Assembly (NCBI GenBank): GCA_964016885.1
Contig: CAXHJY010000350.1
Location: forward strand, 1-47,675
DNA: 47,675 nucleotides
Direction of reading: 5' to 3'
From: Eledone cirrhosa
Taxonomy: Eukaryota
In this document: one piece after another, positions 41,601 to 47,675 of the stretch
Numbering within the stretch: the first letter of the stretch is position 1
Layout of the letters: each line of letters begins with the position of its first letter
Made by a program: the position numbers and the translations under genes
Notes under the pieces: generated by a model
What the model was told of the DNA's origin: nothing
Seen by the model: the letters and a program-made list of their open reading frames with translations, nothing else
Databases searched by the model: none

Positions 41601-44409
41601 AAGTGGCCATGGCAGAAGTAGCCATGGCAGAAGTGGCTAAGGCAGAAGTGGCCATGGCAGAAGTGGCCATGGCAGAAGTAGCCATGGCAGAAGTGGCCAT
41701 GGCAGAAGTGGCCATGGCAGAAGTAGCCATGGCAGAAGTGGCCATGGCAGAAGTGGCCATGGCAGAAGTGGCTAAGGCAGAAGTGGCCATGGCAGAAGTG
41801 GCTAAGGCAGAAGTGGCCATGGCAGAAGTGGCCATGGCAGAAGTGGCTAAGGCAGAAGTGGCCATGGCAGAAGTGGCATGGCAGAAGTGGCCATGGCAGA
41901 AGTGGCTAAGGCAGAAGTGGCCATGGCAGAAGTGGCTAAGGCAGAAGTGGCCATGGCAGAAGTGGCCATGGCAGAAGTAGCCATGGCAGAAGTGGCCATG
42001 GCAGAAGTGGCCATGGCAGAAGTGGCTAAGGCAGAAGTGGCCATGGCAGAAGTGGCCATGGCAGAAGTAGCCATGGCAGAAGTGGCCATGGCAGAAGTAG
42101 CCATGGCAGAAGTGGCCATGGCAGAAGTGGCTAAGGCAGAAGTGGCCATGGCAGAAGTGGCTAAGGCAGAAGTGGCCATGGCAGAAGTAGCCATGGCAGA
42201 AGTGGCCATGGCAGAAGTAGCCATGGCAGAAGTGGCCATGGCAGAAGTGGCCATGGCAGAAGTGGCCATGGCAGAAGTAGCCATGGCAGAAGTGGCCATG
42301 GCAGAAGTGGCCATGGCAGAAGTGGCCATGGCAGAAGTGGCCATGGCAGAAGTAGCCATGGCAGAAGTGGCCATGGCAGAAGTGGCCATGGCAGAAGTGG
42401 CCATGGCAGAAGTGGCTAAGGCAGAAGTGGCCATGGCAGAAGTGGCCATGGCAGAAGTAGCCATGGCAGAAGTGGCCATGGCAGAAGTAGCCATGGCAGA
42501 AGTGGCCATGGCAGAAGTGGCTAAGGCAGAAGTGGCCATGGCAGAAGTAGCCATGGCAGAAGTGGCCATGGCAGAAGTGGCTAAGGCAGAAGTGGCCATG
42601 GCAGAAGTAGCCATGGCAGAAGTGGCCATGGCAGAAGTAGCCATGGCAGAAGTGGCCATGGCAGAAGTGGCCATGGCAGAAGTGGCCATGGCAGAAGTAG
42701 CCATGGCAGAAGTGGCCATGGCAGAAGTGGCCATGGCAGAAGTGGCTAAGGCAGAAGTGGCCATGGCAGAAGTAGCCATGGCAGAAGTGGCCATGGCAGA
42801 AGTGGCCATGGCAGAAGTAGCCATGGCAGAAGTGGCCATGGCAGAAGTGGCCATGGCAGAAGTGGCCATGGCAGAAGTAGCCATGGCAGAAGTGGCCATG
42901 GCAGAAGTGGCCATGGCAGAAGTGGCCATGGCAGAAGTAGCCATGGCAGAAGTGGCTAGGGCAGAAGTGGCCATGGCAGAAGTGGCCATGGCAGAAGTAG
43001 CCATGGCAGAAGTGGCCATGGCAGAAGTAGCCATGGCAGAAGTGGCCATGGCAGAAGTAGCCATGGCAGAAGTGGCTAAGGCAGAAGTGGCCATGGTAGA
43101 AGTGGCCATGGCAGAAGTGGCCATGGCAGAAGTAGCTAAGGCAGAAGTGACATGGCAGAAGTGGCCATGGCAGAAGTGGTCATGGCAGAAGTGACATGGC
43201 AGAAGTGGTCATGGCAGAAGTGACATGGCAGAAGTGGTCATGGCAGAAGTGGCCATGGCAGAAGTAGCCATGGCAGAAGTAGCCATGGCAGAAGTGGCCA
43301 TGGCAGAAGTGGCCATGGCAGAAGTGGCCATGGCAGAAGTGGCCATGGCAGAAGTAGCCATGGCAGAAGTAGCCATGGCAGAAGTGGCCATGGCAGAAGT
43401 GGCCATGGCAGAAGTGGCTAAGGCAGAAGTAGCCATGGCAGAAGTGGCCATGGCAGAAGTAGCTAAGGCAGAAGTAGCCATGGCAGAAGTAGCCATGGCA
43501 GAAGTGGCCATGGCAGAAGTGGTCATGGCAGAAGTGGCCATGGCAGAAGTGGCCATGGCAGAAGTAGCCATGGCAGAAGTAGCCATGGCAGAAGTGGCCA
43601 TGGCAGAAGTGGCCATGGCAGAAGTGGCTAAGGCAGAAGTAGCCATGGCAGAAGTGGCCATGGCAGAAGTGGCCATGGCAGAAGTGGCCATGGCAGAAGT
43701 AGCCATGGCAGAAGTGGCCATGGCAGAAGTGGCCATGGCAGAAGTGGCCATGGCAGAAGTGGCTAAGGCAGAAGTGGCCATGGCAGAAGTGGCTAAGGCA
43801 GAAGTAGCCATGGCAGAAGTGGCCATGGCAGAAGTGGCCATGGCAGAAGTAGCCATGGCAGAAGTGGCCATGGCAGAAGTGGCCATGGCAGAAGTGGCCA
43901 TGGCAGAAGTGGCCATGGCAGAAGTGGCCATGGCAGAAGTGGCTAAGGCAGAAGTGGCCAAGGCAGAAGTGGCTAAGGCAGAAGTAGCCCATGGCAGAAG
44001 TGGCCATGGCAGAAGTGCATGGCAGAAGTGGCATGGCAGAAGTGGCATGGCAGAAGTGGCCATGGCAGAAGTGCCATGCAGAAGTGCATGCAGAAGTGGC
44101 ATGGCAGAGTGGCATGCAGAAGTGGCATGCAGAAGTAGCCATGGCAGAAGTGGCCATGGCAGAAGTGGCCATGGCAGAAGTGGCGCATGGCAGAAGTAGC
44201 CATGGCAGAAGTGGCCAGGCAGAAGTGGCCATGGCAGAAGTGGCCATGGCAGAAGTTGCATGGCAGAAGTGGCCATGGCAGAAGTGGCATGGCAAAAGTG
44301 GCCATGGCAGAAGTAGCCATGCAGAAGTGGCCATGCAGAAGTGGCCATGGCAGAAGTGGCCATGTCAGAAGTGGCCTTGGCAAAAGTGGCCATGGCAGAA
44401 GTGGTCATG
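32687..44409. repeat. 11.7 kb tandem array of the 15-bp unit GCCATGGCAGAAGTG (roughly 780-790 units)
   Basis: Directly visible. Recurrent variants are GTAGCC, GCTAAGG, GTCATGG, ATGGTAG and a 14-bp unit (GGCATGG). Confidence 0.99.
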
Positions 44410-44470
44410 ATAAATCTTGTTAGTATCTTCCTTTTGAGATCTGGCGTCTTTGTCCAGAGTGGACACCTTC
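44410..44470 (-). mobile_element. RTE-clade LINE remnant, part upstream of the satellite
   Basis: Minus strand reads STLDKDARSQKE(frameshift)ILTRFIMTTSAM, the segment expected before MATSAMAKL in RTE ORFs. Confidence 0.65.
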
Positions 44471-44524
44471 TATACTGTTCCATTACTCCCATCTTCTATG
44501 TTTCCCCTTCTATTACTGTTGCAG

Positions 44525-44615
44525 ATGTTCGATAAAAGTGGTACTGGGTACATCTGTGCATCTGACTTGCGAGTTGTGATACAGTGTTTAGGGGAAGACT
44601 TGACCGAAGAAGAAA
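44525..44615 (+). CDS. Calmodulin-like gene exon: EF-hand 3 (MFDKSGTGYICASDLRVVIQCLGEDLTEEE); gene continues past this exon
   Basis: Acceptor ttctattactgttgcag, donor aaa|gtaagt, 91 nt, phase 0/1. Aligns with CaM [30 protein letters not shown]. Confidence 0.94.
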
Positions 44616-44688
44616 GTAAGTCATCACATACACATCATTTTTCTTTCTCCTTCTCACCTTCATCTCCTCCAGCTCTCTCATTCATCCC

Positions 44689-44773
<85 letters not shown>

Positions 44774-45043
44774 TCGCTTTATATCTCTTCTCTCTTTCTG
44801 CCGTCCATATTCGTTTCATAAGCCTTCTCTTTCACCATGCTTATGTCTGTATGTTCTGGTTTTATAATTTCACACTTTTTACCATAATAGAGAGAGAGTC
44901 GGTTTCTAACATAGACACAAGACTCTATCTTGGAATTTACACAAACAACAGCTAGGTAGATTATGTATGCATGTCTGCATGTGTAGATATGGATGTTATT
45001 GTATGTGTGGATGTGGATGTTTTGAGTTGTATGTGTGCATGTT

Positions 45044-45339
45044 ATGTATGTATGTATGTATGTATGTATGTATGTATGTATGTATGTATGTATGTATGTA
45101 TGTATGTATGTATGTATGTATGTATGTATGTATGTATGTATGAGTGTACGTACGTACCTATGTATATATGTATCCATGTATGTATGTATAAATATGTATG
45201 CATATTTTTTCTCGTGCAATGGCCATACTCGATAACGAGGGGGGCAGCTATCATGTATGTATGTATGTTTGTATGTATGTATGCATGAAGGTATGAATGT
45301 ACGTACGTATATATGTATGTTTGTATATATGTTTGTATG

Positions 45340-45373
<34 letters not shown>

Positions 45374-45455
45374 TGTATGTATGTATGTATGTATGTATGT
45401 ATGTATGTATGCATGAAGGTATTAGTGTACGTACGTATATATGTATGTTTGTATG

Positions 45456-45489
<34 letters not shown>

Positions 45490-45535
45490 TGTATGTATGT
45501 ATGTATATATGTATGTATGTATGTATGTATGTACG

Positions 45536-45569
<34 letters not shown>

Positions 45570-45607
45570 TGTATGTATATATGTATGTTTGTATATATGT
45601 ATGTACG

Positions 45608-45641
<34 letters not shown>

Positions 45642-45762
45642 TGTATGTATGTATATATGTATGTATGTATGCATGAAGGTATGAATGTACGTACGTACGT
45701 ATATATGTATGTTTGTATGTTTGTTTGTATGTATATATGTATGTATGTATGTATATATGTAG
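45044..45762. repeat. (TATG)n compound microsatellite
   Basis: Directly visible, with repeated gcatgaaggtat interruptions. Confidence 0.95.
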
Positions 45763-46017
45763 ATATCCTGTCCGAGGTGTGGAGCTGACAGGGGATGCAA
45801 CACCCTACGGCTTAATTAAATGGCAGCCAGTTAATTAAGGAGGAGGCGCCAAAATAAGTTTTGCCCTAGAGCACCGAAAACTTTTTTCTCCATCGCCATG
45901 TTACATGTGAGTGTGCATGTATCAATGTGTCTGGAACTACACAGGTGAAACTCCAGAGTAACAAAACTCATCACTTAGCCATAATAAAGAATATATATGT
46001 GTATATATGTGTATATA

Positions 46018-46095
<78 letters not shown>

Positions 46096-46100
<5 letters not shown>

Positions 46101-46517
46101 GAGAGTAAAACAAAGAATCCTTTAATACATCAAAAGTTTTTATTAGCCGACAAAACTTTTGATGTATTAAAGGATTCTTTGTTTTACTCTCTTAATTTTT
46201 TGGCTCTGTTTAACTGTATTGAGCTATACCTTTTACTGTCATTTCTATAATACGAAGAGGGTGTTTGACTCAAACACGCTCCAGTATTCTAATCCTTATA
46301 TATATATATATATAGGAACGAGTAGGACCCCCGACGGCTGAGCTCAAGCCGTTTCGACGGCTAATTCTGGACCAGAATTTGGTCCAGAATTAGCCGTCGA
46401 AACGGCTTGAGCTCTGCCGTCGGGGTCCTACTCGTTCCTATTACCCACTCTACTACCCTAAGTATTGAGTACTTTGGTGCGTTATGGTCCACTTGGTTCC
46501 TTACCACATTTCCTTCG

Positions 46518-46561
<44 letters not shown>

Positions 46562-46790
46562 ATGTTTACATATGTGTGTATATATATATGTGTGTGTATG
46601 TGTGTGTGTAAAAGGTAAACAGAAATAACAACACAATCGGTACAGTATATGGAAGGAATATATTAGGTTAACGCTTGATATAGCAGGAAGAGGGTCTTAA
46701 CGTTTCGGACGTTGATCGGATCAACTGGAACACTCGTCGTCGTAACCGACGGAGTACTTTCCACACACACACACACACACACACACACAA

Positions 46791-46875
<85 letters not shown>

Positions 46876-47045
46876 ACTATAATTCTGGACTAAAATATAG
46901 TCATTTTAGTTCAGAATTAACCGTCGAAACGGCTTGATCTCAGCCGTCGGGGTCCTACTCGTACCTATTACCCACTCTACTACCCTAAGTATTGAGTACT
47001 TTGGTGCGTTATGGTTCATCTGGTTCCTTACCATATTTCCTTCGT
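46096..47045 (+). mobile_element. Cluster of fold-back Penelope-like remnants between (TA)n tracts
   Basis: Inverted repeats at 46096-46140/46152-46196 and 46312-46374/46380-46441. The latter and a second copy at about 46872-47045 carry the 3' half of a hammerhead (GAA-ACGGCT...AGCCGT-C-ggggtcc). Confidence 0.55.
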
Positions 47046-47076
<31 letters not shown>

Positions 47077-47117
47077 GTAATAAACGAAAGATATATACTT
47101 TATATCATCTCTATTTA

Positions 47118-47191
47118 TTTCATTATATATATTTCGAAGATGTAAAGTTTTATGTACTACATAAAGAAAAACATGTCCTCCTCAGATAAAA
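47118..47191 (-). ncRNA. Type I hammerhead ribozyme motif with extended stem II and palindromic minimal stem III
   Basis: Minus strand reads ttttat-CTGAGGA-ggacatgt...acatcttc-GAA-ATATATAT-A-atgaaa: stem I 6 bp (one G.U), stem II base 7/8 paired plus an inner hairpin tttatgt/acataaa, AUA triplet. Confidence 0.68.
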
Positions 47192-47388
47192 TACATAGAA
47201 AATGTATAATGTTTTCATGATATGTTGGTAGACAAACGAGCTGGACATATCGGTGACCAGCAAGCCCATACATATGCTTGGTGATGATATAAAGTATATA
47301 CCTTTCGTTTATACCGTTGAGTGTTTGGCATCCGTTATATAAAAGAATGAATTGATTACAAATCAACTAACTCTTTTTTTTTCATTGA

Positions 47389-47471
<83 letters not shown>

Positions 47472-47529
47472 CTATATATATCTATGTATCTATGTATGTA
47501 TGTATATATGTATGTATGTATATGTATAT

Positions 47530-47571
<42 letters not shown>

Positions 47572-47675
47572 GTTTTAATATTAAAACTTTTATACTCTGC
47601 AATGTATTGAGTACCTTACTTACTGTGGTTACCTCCGATTCAACCCGGAATAACGTACTATACTAATATATATAT

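Noticed and set aside
43980-44345. Heavily degenerate right end of the satellite as evidence of an older array edge
   Set aside because: The changes are mostly scattered single-base indels, which resemble uncorrected long-read error. They cannot be interpreted without reads.
32459-44492. Long ORFs encoding (MAEVA)n, (MATSA)n, (GRSGH)n and (WQKWP)n
   Set aside because: These are by-products of a 15-bp unit that lacks stops in most frames. The frame is broken repeatedly by 14-bp units, there is no synonymous-site pattern indicating selection, and the array is intronic.

Overview
Eukaryotic, AT-rich, microsatellite- and SINE-dense DNA. The repeat landscape looks like an octopus/coleoid cephalopod genome (inference from repeat families, not verified). 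Nearly all ORFs in the supplied track are translations of simple repeats. Reading splice sites directly gives one split host gene on the + strand, a divergent calmodulin-like EF-hand protein: exons 7299-7324 (ending ATG|gt), 8944-8991, 14033-14072, 15721-15864, 31420-31529 and 44525-44615. EF-hand 4 and the stop codon were not found in the window. The introns hold tRNA-derived SINEs, TA-flanked and hAT MITEs, a 5'-truncated DD37D (maT) Tc1/mariner transposase, RTE and Tx1-like LINE remnants and several minisatellites. Three observations stand out. (1) Several distinct type I hammerhead ribozyme motifs sit in short, often fold-back inserts embedded in (TA)n tracts, resembling Penelope-like pseudo-LTR remnants; one is sense to the host pre-mRNA and paired with its own antisense copy. 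(2) An 11.7 kb 15-bp satellite appears to have grown in situ from five codons (MATSA) of an RTE LINE ORF and fills about 90% of one intron. (3) A SINE target-site duplication copied a splice donor. All coordinates were read by eye; repeat boundaries are approximate.
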